Under the pieces are notes generated by a model. It worked only from the letters and a program-made list of their open reading frames with translations. It made no database searches and had not been told where the DNA came from. The position numbers and the translations under genes were made by a program. From Candidatus Micrarchaeota archaeon (lineage in GTDB: Archaea > Micrarchaeota > Micrarchaeia > Micrarchaeales > CABMGC01), in contig DAHVMJ010000004.1 in the NCBI GenBank assembly GCA_027319905.1, positions 1 through 63,501 on the forward strand: 63,501 bases of DNA, in the 5' to 3' direction. This document shows, in pieces, positions 19,911-29,020 of the stretch (position 1 is the first letter of the stretch; each line of letters opens with the position of its first letter).

Positions 19911-20441
19911 CTACACCCTTAGCAGTTTCCCGTCCTTCACAAGGAAGTAGATGAATTTGTCCGGGCCAAATATGGCTTTGTAGTGGTTGATCACGTGCTC
20001 CCTATCTTCGTATACCTCGACCAGGTCGTACCCCTCTGCAAGTTCGCCTAGCTTCTGGGCCTTGAACTCCTTAAAAGTCGGTTGGAGTGTACCGGGATGG
20101 AAGTATGCCTCGTTGTATCTCAAGCCGTTCTTTCTTGCAATCTCGAGAGTTTGCTCCGCTGCCTCCTGGGACCTCCCCGTAAGTATTACGACCTTGTAGC
20201 CTTCCCTCGCTCTTTCATTGAGCCTGTCTATCGTATTTTTGTTGGGTTCGGGAGTCAGCGTATCCTGCTCTGTTGCAAAGCGAACCGCATAGCTGAGAGG
20301 ATGTGGCAAAGCCCACACCTCCTCCCTGGTGAGTGGCCTGCCTGTTACGCGGAGCGCTGCCTTGAGGAGCGCGCCATCGGTGAGGAACAGGGTGCCGTCA
20401 AAATCAAAAACTGCAAGTTTCTTGGTTTGCATGCTAGTCAC
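19911..20441 (-). CDS. HAD-superfamily phosphatase
   Basis: DFDGT, ILTGR, FK and YEDR motifs I-IV. Confidence 0.85.
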   Translation of the reverse strand: MTSMQTKKLAVFDFDGTLFLTDGALLKAALRVTGRPLTREEVWALPHPLSYAVRFATEQDTLTPEPNKNTIDRLNERAREGYKVVILTGRSQEAAEQTLEIARKNGLRYNEAYFHPGTLQPTFKEFKAQKLGELAEGYDLVEVYEDREHVINHYKAIFGPDKFIYFLVKDGKLLRV

Positions 20442-20980
20442 ACTCTCCTGAACCCATTCTTCTTTACCAGATAGTACCTAAATCCCCTGGAGCCGAAGCG
20501 CTCCCTTAGGAAGTCTATGTTTTCCCTCTTGTCCTCGTATATTTCTACGCTCTTGTATCCGAAGGTTATGGGCTCCAACATTATTGCCTTGAATTCCTCG
20601 TCGGGAATGTAAACGCCAGCGGAGTTGTGGTACACGGCGTCGCAACCAATGCTCCACATCCTGACCAACTCCAGCGTTGCGGGTTCGCTGCTCTTATGCC
20701 TGGCGGTAAGGATAACCAACGCATACCCCCGATCACCCAAGGTGTTCATGCGATTTATAACCGACTTGTTCGGGGTAGAAGCCGCAATGTCGTTGTTGGC
20801 AAGATCGTAGATCTTAGACTTTATCTCATGGGGTAGCGCCCTGATCTCCTTTTTCGACAATTTCCTGCCTAGCGCCTTCTGCGCGGCTTTCATAAGCGTC
20901 AGGTCCGTGTCGAACAGAGTCCCGTCAAAGTCGAAGATCGCAATCCTCCGCTCATCTCTGCCGCTCAACTTTTTCACCAA
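20438..20980 (-). CDS. HAD-superfamily phosphatase (tandem paralog)
   Basis: DFDGT, ILTAR, DEEFK and YEDK motifs; 4-nt overlap with the paralog. Confidence 0.85.
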   Translation of the reverse strand: MVKKLSGRDERRIAIFDFDGTLFDTDLTLMKAAQKALGRKLSKKEIRALPHEIKSKIYDLANNDIAASTPNKSVINRMNTLGDRGYALVILTARHKSSEPATLELVRMWSIGCDAVYHNSAGVYIPDEEFKAIMLEPITFGYKSVEIYEDKRENIDFLRERFGSRGFRYYLVKKNGFRRV

Positions 20981-21101
20981 GTAACATAATGAGTTCCCTG
21001 ATATTTACCGTATAGCTTTTAGGATAAAAATACAGCAGTCTATTAGACTTATGGACGAGGGTTAGAGAGCATTTTTATTGTTATGCATAAGTAATTTAAT
21101 C

Positions 21102-22160
21102 ATGGACGAAGAGGTTGACAGTGAGTTTAACACCAAATACAGCCCGCTTACGAACCGCATGATGAGACTCCTTTCTGAGAACTCCAGGATGAGCGTTACC
21201 GATATCGCCAGTTCGTTGTCCATACACAGGAAAGATGCGGAGCGCAGGCTGCGTGCAATAGAAAGCGAGTTCGGACTGTGCTACACGCTGGAACTGAACC
21301 AGAGCAGAATAGGGCTGAAGAGCCCGCACCTTGTCGGAGTGAAGCTTGGAGAAGGAGTTGACATAGAAAGGGTCATGAGAGAACTGCGCCGCTTTTACGT
21401 CCCCCAGGTGGTCTTCGCTACGAAAGGAAAGTACGATCTGGTGATATACGCGAACGCGTTTTCGAAAGCGGAGTACGCAAGCTGGGACAGGGCGATGAGG
21501 CGGAGACTGACCGTAGGCGGCGAGATGCGGTGGGACACCTCAGAGATAACCTTCAGGCGGTTCGGCTTCTTCCCGCTCACCAGCAGGACAATAGATCTTG
21601 CGTGGCTGCCCGAAAGGCAGAAAGCTATGTTGAAGCTGCTCAACGACAACTCCAGGATGACGATCGCCGAGATTGCAGAGAAGATGGACATGAACTACAA
21701 AACGGCGGTTTACAGCTTCAAGGAGCTACTCAAGACTGGATACATAAGCCGGTTCACCACACTTGTGCCGATGAGAAAAGAGATCTCTGTAATGGCGGTA
21801 TTCATAAAATATCTCGGAATGCGAGAAGACGCTAATATCGGCATCAATTCCTCCAAGATATTCACATCTGATGCCGAGAACCCGCTGGTGAGCAGGTATC
21901 TGATAAAAGCCTCACTCCTTGGCGCCTATGACTCGTTCTTCATGGGCGCCTTTGACAGCATGAGGAAGGCGGTGCGCTATGGGCTTGGAGCGTACAGAAC
22001 CAGAATGCGGGACATCGCTAAGGACAGGATTGTGGAACTGGGTGTGAGAGAGGTGTTACTGGGCGGGCTACCGATAAGAAACTTGAACCTGAAGAAAGAG
22101 TACAAGGAGCACAGGAGCGGTCTCGTCTCGGCGCACGATACAGACGAGAACGTAGGATAA
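21102..22160 (+). CDS. Tandem Lrp/AsnC-type HTH transcriptional regulator
   Basis: Two AsnC-like HTH units (LLSENSRMSVTDIA; LLNDNSRMTIAEIA). Confidence 0.8.
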   Translation: MDEEVDSEFNTKYSPLTNRMMRLLSENSRMSVTDIASSLSIHRKDAERRLRAIESEFGLCYTLELNQSRIGLKSPHLVGVKLGEGVDIERVMRELRRFYVPQVVFATKGKYDLVIYANAFSKAEYASWDRAMRRRLTVGGEMRWDTSEITFRRFGFFPLTSRTIDLAWLPERQKAMLKLLNDNSRMTIAEIAEKMDMNYKTAVYSFKELLKTGYISRFTTLVPMRKEISVMAVFIKYLGMREDANIGINSSKIFTSDAENPLVSRYLIKASLLGAYDSFFMGAFDSMRKAVRYGLGAYRTRMRDIAKDRIVELGVREVLLGGLPIRNLNLKKEYKEHRSGLVSAHDTDENVG

Positions 22161-22201
22161 CTTTTGATACTTTAAAACGCAACTTTGTTAGCAAAGCAGT
22201 A

Positions 22202-22861
22202 TTAGGCCTTCAGCCTGTCCACATTCTTCATCTGAGAGAGGCTCCTCAGCGCGTCGAATGTCGCAAGGGCCATATTGTACTTATCTCTGGTCCTGCCCTT
22301 CGCGAACGTCCATATGTCCTTTATACCAGCGAGTTCGAGCACCACCTTGGCGTTGACTCCGGCAACAACTCCGACTCCTCTCGGTGCCGGCTTGAGTATG
22401 ATCTCGGCCGTGCCCACCTTGGATCTCAGCGTTATGGGGAGAGAGTGCTGAGTGCCGCAGTTGCACTCCCATGAGCCGCAGCCGAGGGCCAGGCTGATTA
22501 TGTGCATCTTCGCGTTCTTAACCGCCTCGTCGAACGCGGGCCTCACCTCAACTGTCTTGCCCACGCCTATGCCAACGTGGCCCTTCCTGTCTCCAACTAT
22601 TACCGTTGTGCGGTATTTCTGCTTCCTCGCGTCCTTGGTCATTCGCTGCACGCTTGCTGTTTCGATGTTCTTCGCTTCCAGGCCCGGGAGTAGGGCGTCG
22701 ACTATCTCCACCTCCTTGATCGGCTTGCCCATCGCAAATATCTCCTCTATGCTCTTGATCTGGCCGCTCTTGACCATCTCCCCGAGTTTGGTCCTGGGCT
22801 GCCACGCCTCTATGCTGAACGCGGGCTTCTCCTCCTCTTCTCTTCTTCTCCTGAAAAACAA
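22202..22861 (-). CDS. rps5: 30S ribosomal protein uS5
   Basis: WQPRTKLG, GCGSWECNCG and PAPRG motifs. Confidence 0.97.
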   Translation of the reverse strand: MFFRRRREEEEKPAFSIEAWQPRTKLGEMVKSGQIKSIEEIFAMGKPIKEVEIVDALLPGLEAKNIETASVQRMTKDARKQKYRTTVIVGDRKGHVGIGVGKTVEVRPAFDEAVKNAKMHIISLALGCGSWECNCGTQHSLPITLRSKVGTAEIILKPAPRGVGVVAGVNAKVVLELAGIKDIWTFAKGRTRDKYNMALATFDALRSLSQMKNVDRLKA

Positions 22862-22862
22862 A

Positions 22863-23432
22863 TCAACTACCCTTCAATATCTTCTCCTTTACCTCATTAA
22901 ATAGCTTTGGAAGCGACTGAACGTCTATGCTCTTTGCTGCGTAATTTCCGAACTGCCTCTTCATCTCCTCCGGCTTAGCTCTGAGCTGTTCGGCGTGCTT
23001 GGCTATGTGCGTGGCGTTGTAGAACTCTTCTTTGGCATCTATGCTGCCGCGTAGCTTCATGCCGCCGTCTATGCATCCTTTGGCAAAGACGAATGGTATG
23101 GACCCTGAAATCGGCGTGGTTATGCCTATGTCGAGCACAACGTCAGCTGTATTTTTCGCTTTTTTTGCAAGCAGCAGGCCGGTAAGATAAGCGGTGGGCC
23201 TGTTTCTTCTGCTGGGCCACCCGTATTTCTTGGCTAGCTCGGCAGAGTCAGCGCTTGCCCTTACGCTGTCGCCTCCCTCCCCGTATTTGATGATCTGCCC
23301 CAGTATTCTCTTGTTGGTTTTCCTGACCACCACGCGATCGAGGCCGCTCTTTACCAGGGCCAGGCGCTTTGCGTAGTTAGTTGTTCCCTCCCGCCTTCTC
23401 CTGAACTTTACCTCCCTTATCACCTTGACCAT
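22863..23432 (-). CDS. rpl18: 50S ribosomal protein uL18
   Basis: FRRRREG.TNY..R, RVVVRKTN and AYLTG motifs. Confidence 0.95.
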   Translation of the reverse strand: MVKVIREVKFRRRREGTTNYAKRLALVKSGLDRVVVRKTNKRILGQIIKYGEGGDSVRASADSAELAKKYGWPSRRNRPTAYLTGLLLAKKAKNTADVVLDIGITTPISGSIPFVFAKGCIDGGMKLRGSIDAKEEFYNATHIAKHAEQLRAKPEEMKRQFGNYAAKSIDVQSLPKLFNEVKEKILKGS

Positions 23433-23436
23433 GATC

Positions 23437-23910
23437 TCACCTATACGCTCCCTTCGCTAACTCGTTTATCTGCTTTACTTCCTCGTCGCTGACCTTTATG
23501 CCCTCGTCGCTAAGGTGGAGCAGAAGCGATCTCTTGTCAGCGAATGCGTTTCCCTTTACAAGCAGGTAGTACCTCTTGAAGGTTGCATTGTCTATCTTGC
23601 CCGCAGTTTTTAGCCTTTTGAGCACGAACCTCTGCGCCCTTACCTTCTTCTCCCACACTCTTCCACGTCTTGCCTTAGCGCTTCCTCTCCTCTTCCCTCT
23701 TCCTCTCTTCCTCTTTTCAGTTTTTGTGCTCTTGTGGAGCTCGTACCTGGGCTTGACGGCCACCACCGCACCGTCTTTAATCAGCTTCCTGACGTCGTCC
23801 CTTGTTATCGCCTTCTTTATCTCGTCCATGGACTCCGGACGCAACCTGAGGGCATTCTCGCCTCTGCCCAGAATCTGGCTTGCTATCCTCTTGGTGAATT
23901 TTACGCTCAT
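23437..23910 (-). CDS. rpl19e: 50S ribosomal protein eL19
   Basis: AITRDDVR.LI, G.RRG...AR, W...R and Y...KG..F motifs. Confidence 0.93.
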   Translation of the reverse strand: MSVKFTKRIASQILGRGENALRLRPESMDEIKKAITRDDVRKLIKDGAVVAVKPRYELHKSTKTEKRKRGRGKRRGSAKARRGRVWEKKVRAQRFVLKRLKTAGKIDNATFKRYYLLVKGNAFADKRSLLLHLSDEGIKVSDEEVKQINELAKGAYR

Positions 23911-24269
23911 CTTCCAAACCTGTTTAGTACGTTTATTCCTTTGCTGTCAGCAAGTTTCTGCATCAGCACCCTCTTTTTTCTGGACACGCTGTGCGCGAAT
24001 ATGGCTACGTGATTTTTGTCTTTCTGCACGGCTAGCATTTCGGCCTCGTTGTGCACGAGCACACCCACAGTTCCATCGTTCCTGGTGAATCTCAGCTCTT
24101 CGGGGTTCTTGTAACCTATCTTCGGAGTTGCGCCATAGCCACTCCTCTCTATCCGCTTCTTGTTGTCTATCCCGCGCTGCTTCCTCCATCTCTCCGGCAC
24201 TCGCTTCCTGCTCTTCGCACCAAAGTTAGGTACGCGGAAGCTTGGATGCTTTTTCTTCTTTTCTACCAT
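23907..24269 (-). CDS. rpl32e: 50S ribosomal protein eL32
   Basis: WRKQRGIDNKKR and PKIGY motifs. Confidence 0.93.
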   Translation of the reverse strand: MVEKKKKHPSFRVPNFGAKSRKRVPERWRKQRGIDNKKRIERSGYGATPKIGYKNPEELRFTRNDGTVGVLVHNEAEMLAVQKDKNHVAIFAHSVSRKKRVLMQKLADSKGINVLNRFGR

Positions 24270-24274
24270 GATAA

Positions 24275-24805
24275 TCATTCCTCCTGAACGAAGTAGATGC
24301 CGTCTTGGAACACTCTCGAATCCTTGCGTCTGGAGAAAGAGAGTCTGTTTATGTTTGCGGCGGTCTGGCCTACGTCATACGGGTCGACGCCCTTCACTGT
24401 TACATCCTGCCCCTTTACCTCTACCTTTGTTTCCCCCACTATCTTCGCTACGCGTGGCTTCTTCTCGCCGAAGACGTTCTTAGCGAGCACCTCACCGGCT
24501 TTGACCTCCAGTGACATCGGAAAGTGAGCGAATACAACCTTCATTTTTCTCTCTATGCCTCTCTCGACCCCGGCCATGGCGCGCTGCGCCTCGGATGCCA
24601 GAGCCTGTGATGCCAAAGCAGCCTTCTTCGCGAGCTTCTTGTGCTTGACCTCTTCTATGGTGAGCTTTCCGCCGGTTATCGAGACTGAGAGCAGCCTTGA
24701 GTTGACTTTCTTCTTCGTTGACCCAAGCTTGCCGCTGACGCTTAGCTCCTGCTTGTCCTGCGAGAGCTCGACCTTCACGCCGCTCGGTATTTGGATTTCA
24801 TGCAT
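24275..24805 (-). CDS. rpl6: 50S ribosomal protein uL6
   Basis: AHFP, GEKKPR, VGQTAANI and DSRVFQDGIY motifs. Confidence 0.95.
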   Translation of the reverse strand: MHEIQIPSGVKVELSQDKQELSVSGKLGSTKKKVNSRLLSVSITGGKLTIEEVKHKKLAKKAALASQALASEAQRAMAGVERGIERKMKVVFAHFPMSLEVKAGEVLAKNVFGEKKPRVAKIVGETKVEVKGQDVTVKGVDPYDVGQTAANINRLSFSRRKDSRVFQDGIYFVQEE

Positions 24806-24813
24806 AAGTATCA

Positions 24814-25197
24814 CTAGTAAACATAGGCAAGCAGCCTGCCGCCCATCCTCTTCTCCTTTGCCTCTCTGTTCGTCATTATGCCCGCCGGGGTTGACATTAT
24901 CAGTAGTCCGAAGTCCTTGCTCGGTATGTACCTGTTCTCATACTTCTGGTACTCGTTCACCTTTACCGCGTGCCTCGGCTTAACAACGCCGATGTTGTTT
25001 ATCTTGTTTGCAAGCACAATCCTTAGCGACTTGAACTTGCCGCCCTCCACCTCCTCGAACTCGTTGATGTATCCGCTCTGCTTGAGCGTGCTCAGCACGT
25101 TCCTGACAAGGCTTGTGGATGCTACCACACACTCCTCCCTTCCGAGGTTTTCGTAAATCTTTATCTTGTTCAGGCTTTCGGCCAGCAAATCTGCCAT
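24814..25197 (-). CDS. rps8: 30S ribosomal protein uS8
   Basis: INNIGVVKPR, STPAGIMT and GGRLLAYVY motifs. Confidence 0.95.
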   Translation of the reverse strand: MADLLAESLNKIKIYENLGREECVVASTSLVRNVLSTLKQSGYINEFEEVEGGKFKSLRIVLANKINNIGVVKPRHAVKVNEYQKYENRYIPSKDFGLLIMSTPAGIMTNREAKEKRMGGRLLAYVY

Positions 25198-25205
25198 GTC
25201 AACCA

Positions 25206-25361
25206 CTATAGTTTCTCGAACCCGAGATCGTTCGCGACCTCTCTGAAGCACCTCCTGCAAAGGTAAAGCTTGTATGATCGTATCAGACCCCTGCTGTTGC
25301 CGCAGATCTGGCACTTTCTCAGACCCTTGCCCTTGTATTTCTTGTCGTAGCTTACCTTCAT
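25206..25361 (-). CDS. rps14: 30S ribosomal protein uS14 (zinc-binding)
   Basis: CQICG...[12 protein letters not shown] motif. Confidence 0.95.
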   Translation of the reverse strand: MKVSYDKKYKGKGLRKCQICGNSRGLIRSYKLYLCRRCFREVANDLGFEKL

Positions 25362-25365
25362 TTCC

Positions 25366-25884
25366 TCATTCCTTCTCCGCAATCTTGATCCCGAAACTCT
25401 TCTCCAGATACGCCTGCAGCGCCTCTCTCGGGATGTTTCTGTGCTCGCTGCCCACCCTGCTGTTCTTTCTCCTGCGGGTTTCAACCCGCAGGCCTCTGCG
25501 CGAGAAGGATGCATTGACGTTGATCCCGAGCATGCCTATCTTTGGGTCGTACTTCACCCCGCTGAAGTATATGTACTCCTTTATTCCGAAGTTGAGCGAA
25601 TTTCCAGCTATCGAATCTGTGTACACAGTGTTGTTGTTGGCGTCGAGCGCGTTCTTCAGGAACTCTGACGCAGCGCTGTCTCTGAGCGTCACCACGGCGC
25701 CTATTATCTGGCCCTTCTTTATGCCGAATTCTGGAAATCTCTTCTTGGCCTTGGTATATGCGGCTTCCCTGCCTGTGAGTTTCTTCAGCAGCGCGCGGGC
25801 GTTGTCGAGCTTCTCTTCGTTAGCGCCTATGCCCATGTTCACCACTAGCTTTTCGAGCCTTATATCGCGCATGGAGTTTGACAT
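25366..25884 (-). CDS. rpl5: 50S ribosomal protein uL5
   Basis: [20 protein letters not shown] and KYDPKIG motifs. Confidence 0.96.
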   Translation of the reverse strand: MSNSMRDIRLEKLVVNMGIGANEEKLDNARALLKKLTGREAAYTKAKKRFPEFGIKKGQIIGAVVTLRDSAASEFLKNALDANNNTVYTDSIAGNSLNFGIKEYIYFSGVKYDPKIGMLGINVNASFSRRGLRVETRRRKNSRVGSEHRNIPREALQAYLEKSFGIKIAEKE

Positions 25885-25886
25885 GA

Positions 25887-26570
25887 TTAAGCACCTATCA
25901 CCATTACGTTCTCAACAGGGGTTTCGAAGGTTCCGGCGCTGCTTTCCACCTTCACCGCTGCCACAGATGTGGCGCCTCCTGCCTTGATCGCTTTTATAGT
26001 ACCGGTTTCGGAAGCGTGAGCTCCTTTTACAACCAGGCACCTTGCCCCGCTCTCGAATTTAAGCACAGATTTTATCTTGCGGCCGTCCAGCACCACGGAA
26101 TCGTTGACCATGGTCTTCCCGTCGCCCGCGGAGAGGGACCCGTCATAGAGCCTGAGCATAACCTTGTTACCCTTGGCCAGGTATTTGCCCACAACCTTGA
26201 GCGTCCTGCTCTTGCCCGTGCCTTCTTTCTTTTCCAACCTTATATCGCCGTTCTTGCCTACATTCACAGTGTATAACTCCTTTGTTTGCGCCAGCGCAAT
26301 CACGTCGCCAAAACCTATGGGATAGGATGCATCTGATACTTTGCTTCCATTCACCGCTACCTGACCTGACTTTATCATCTTGCGCGCCTCTCTGGCGTTC
26401 GCAGCGAATGCGAGCTTGTCCCTCAGGAGCACCAGCAGTGCTATACTCCTGCCAAGTGAGTGCCTGCCGGAGGTGGGTTTGGCTAGGTACTTGACCGTTT
26501 TCCTGCTCACCCTCGAGTAGGTGCTCGCAGCGAGCCTGTTCAAGTGCCTTGAGTTACCGTGCCTGGCCAT
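25887..26570 (-). CDS. rps4e: 30S ribosomal protein eS4
   Basis: HLNRLAA, LRDKL..A and YPIGFGDVI motifs. Confidence 0.93.
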   Translation of the reverse strand: MARHGNSRHLNRLAASTYSRVSRKTVKYLAKPTSGRHSLGRSIALLVLLRDKLAFAANAREARKMIKSGQVAVNGSKVSDASYPIGFGDVIALAQTKELYTVNVGKNGDIRLEKKEGTGKSRTLKVVGKYLAKGNKVMLRLYDGSLSAGDGKTMVNDSVVLDGRKIKSVLKFESGARCLVVKGAHASETGTIKAIKAGGATSVAAVKVESSAGTFETPVENVMVIGA

Positions 26571-26574
26571 ATCG

Positions 26575-26952
26575 TCACTGCTTTGTTGCCTTCAGCGCTT
26601 GCATCTTTGCGCTCCTGAGCTTGTCGCCCAGGTCCATGTCTGTTATGTAAACGTTAGACGCGTTTATCGCGATCTGCGATTCTTTCCCCTTCGCGTTCTT
26701 GCGCGTTATGCCCTCCACAAAAACCACAGCGCGGCCAAGGTCGACGCCGAGCACCTTGCCCGTCTTGCCCCTGCTCGAGCCACTCATCACCTTTACCGTG
26801 TCTCCCTTCCTTACCCCTATGCTCCTCTTCTTCACTCCCAGCTTCGCAGCCAGTTCCTTTGAAATGTGAGCATTCACGAAGCTCTGTCTGAGGTGGTTGC
26901 TCGCGGTGTACCTGAAGAGCCTTTGCTTCCTGGGTTTGGCGCTTTGTATCAT
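26575..26952 (-). CDS. rpl24: 50S ribosomal protein uL24
   Basis: PRKQR and RKGDTVKVMSG KOW motif. Confidence 0.95.
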   Translation of the reverse strand: MIQSAKPRKQRLFRYTASNHLRQSFVNAHISKELAAKLGVKKRSIGVRKGDTVKVMSGSSRGKTGKVLGVDLGRAVVFVEGITRKNAKGKESQIAINASNVYITDMDLGDKLRSAKMQALKATKQ

Positions 26953-26960
26953 TAAAATCA

Positions 26961-27359
26961 CTACACTATCTTCGACGCTATGCCGGCAATCTTAGCGTAT
27001 CTTTCGACTATCTCCCTGGCCATCGCCCCTTTTATCTCGGTGCCTATGGGCAGGTTATCATCACCTACCATTATGCCCGCGTTGTCCTCAAACCTCACGC
27101 GCATGCCGCTGCTCCTCCTTATCGAGGCCCTCTGCCTTATTATGATCACGCGCACGGGCTTCTTCAGATAAGCTGGCGTACCCTTTATCACGCTGGCTAT
27201 GACTATGTCGCCGAGTCCCGCCGCCGCCAGCCCGCCGTGTCTGTGGCCCTTGCCTATCTTGTTGATTATCTTGAATATCATCGCACCGCTGTTGTCGGCG
27301 CACGTAAGCGTTGACATGGGAACCAGTGTCCTCGTTATCCTCGATGATATTCCTCTCAT
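26961..27359 (-). CDS. rpl14: 50S ribosomal protein uL14
   Basis: CADNSGA and FEDNA motifs. Confidence 0.96.
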   Translation of the reverse strand: MRGISSRITRTLVPMSTLTCADNSGAMIFKIINKIGKGHRHGGLAAAGLGDIVIASVIKGTPAYLKKPVRVIIIRQRASIRRSSGMRVRFEDNAGIMVGDDNLPIGTEIKGAMAREIVERYAKIAGIASKIV

Positions 27360-27363
27360 GCGC

Positions 27364-27669
27364 TCATGCCTTCGGTTTGACTATGCCTGTTATTGCGAAG
27401 GACTTCGTTTTGCTCAGCCTTCGCGCCTCCGCCACATTGACCGTGTCTCCGGCCTTTGCGTTTATGCAGTCAGGATTGTGGGCCGCTATTCGCGAATGCT
27501 TTCTCAGATATCGCTCGTACTTGTAGAGGTAGATCGTGTAGTCTATCTTCACTATCGCCGTGCGTTTCGCCTTGCTACTTACGACCAGGCCAGCGAACCT
27601 CGTGCCCCGTGTCTTTAGCCGCCCGTGTATCGGGCACCTTGGGTCATCGCATTTGATTTCTTGCGTCAC
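27364..27669 (-). CDS. rps17: 30S ribosomal protein uS17
   Basis: CDDPRCPIHG, KYERY and RRLSKTKSF motifs. Confidence 0.96.
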   Translation of the reverse strand: MTQEIKCDDPRCPIHGRLKTRGTRFAGLVVSSKAKRTAIVKIDYTIYLYKYERYLRKHSRIAAHNPDCINAKAGDTVNVAEARRLSKTKSFAITGIVKPKA

Positions 27670-27977
27670 TCTTCCCTCCTCTTGTAGTACTTCATTGACT
27701 TCTCTATCCTGTCCTCGGGTCTGAAGTTTATTTCAACTCCGTTGACTATGAACGACTTCCTTCCCGCGTAAAAGCGAAAGGTAGACGTTGCTTTTACCAG
27801 CCTCTTGAGCCGGTTGCCCGTGTCTACTACGAGAGTGTTTTTGCTCTCGTCTACTACGGTACCGTGCAAACCAACCTGCTTCCTGTCGGCGCACCTGAGA
27901 ACCCGCACCCTGAGCCCTATAAGCTCGTTGAGCACTATGTTCCTGTTGTTGTACGCGCTGTAATCGCTAGCTGCCAT
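27666..27977 (-). CDS. rnp1: RNase P protein subunit Rpp29
   Basis: ELIGL.VRV, G.VVDESKNTL and RPEDRI motifs; canonical position upstream of uS17. Confidence 0.9.
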   Translation of the reverse strand: MAASDYSAYNNRNIVLNELIGLRVRVLRCADRKQVGLHGTVVDESKNTLVVDTGNRLKRLVKATSTFRFYAGRKSFIVNGVEINFRPEDRIEKSMKYYKRREE

Positions 27978-28026
27978 GGGGTTATTTGCTTATTAGTTTT
28001 TATAAGGGCAAGTATTTAAACTTATC

Positions 28027-29007
28027 ATGGTGCGTGAGAGGGCAGGTGCTGCAAGTCGCAAGGCGCAGTCCGCGATGGAGTACCTCATGACCTACGGGTG
28101 GGCCATATTAATAATAGCGGTAATACTTGGCGCTCTCTTCCAGCTCGGCGTGTTCAACTCAAACTCATTTGCTCCGAAGGCGCCTCCCGGAGCATGCGTG
28201 GTCTACAGGCCCTACGGGCCTGTCGATGTGAGGCTAGTATCCTTGAGCGGCATTTGCAACGGGGAGCTGCCGCAGTACGTTGGAAACTTTAACAACTACC
28301 CCGGACCCGCTACGCAGTATATAGGTGTCAACCTTACCGCTTTCCAAAACCAGGGATCAACAATAAACGAGCTTACCGCGTCTGCTTGGTTTGCAGAGGA
28401 CCAGCTGCAAACAAGCAATATCTGCGCTGTTGGATTGATGGGCCAGATGGAGGGCAACGGAGGCGGGTCGGCGGGCGTCGCTCAGGGATGGTCGTTCGAG
28501 GCATACAGGACATGTGACAACGCGCCGTTCATAAGTTTTCTGGCAGGAAACGGAGTTACGCAGGCGAACGGGGGTTTGTACGGCATAGGGACTTCAAGCC
28601 TGGAGCCCGATACGTGGTACTTTGTCACAGGCACGATAAATGGGAACGTCATATCGCTATATCTAAACGGGCAGTTTGTTGCAAACACCGTCGTCACCAG
28701 CGGCGTTGCAAATACGCAGTACCCATTCTCCATAGGCGTCTACGGATGGAACGGTTGCCTTACGTGCTTTGACTGGTGGCAGGGGAGTATAGCCAATATA
28801 CAGCTATACAATACATCATTTTCAGCGAACGAGGTGCAGCAGCTGTATGTAGAAGGCATAGGAGGCGCGCCTACGCGGTTGCAGAACCTTGTCGGATGGT
28901 GGACGCTGGATGGGAATGCTAACGATTATTCAGGAAACGGCCGCAACGGGACGACAAAAGGTTTGAGTTATAGCAGCGACTGGACTTCGCAGTACACCCC
29001 TCCGTGA
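28027..29007 (+). CDS. Class III signal peptide LamG-domain surface protein (paralog 1)
   Basis: KAQSAMEYLMTYGWAILII, WYFVTGT..LYLNG, GSIANIQLYN and WWTLDGNANDYSGN. Confidence 0.85.
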   Translation: MVRERAGAASRKAQSAMEYLMTYGWAILIIAVILGALFQLGVFNSNSFAPKAPPGACVVYRPYGPVDVRLVSLSGICNGELPQYVGNFNNYPGPATQYIGVNLTAFQNQGSTINELTASAWFAEDQLQTSNICAVGLMGQMEGNGGGSAGVAQGWSFEAYRTCDNAPFISFLAGNGVTQANGGLYGIGTSSLEPDTWYFVTGTINGNVISLYLNGQFVANTVVTSGVANTQYPFSIGVYGWNGCLTCFDWWQGSIANIQLYNTSFSANEVQQLYVEGIGGAPTRLQNLVGWWTLDGNANDYSGNGRNGTTKGLSYSSDWTSQYTPP

Positions 29008-29020
29008 GATGAGAAAGGTC

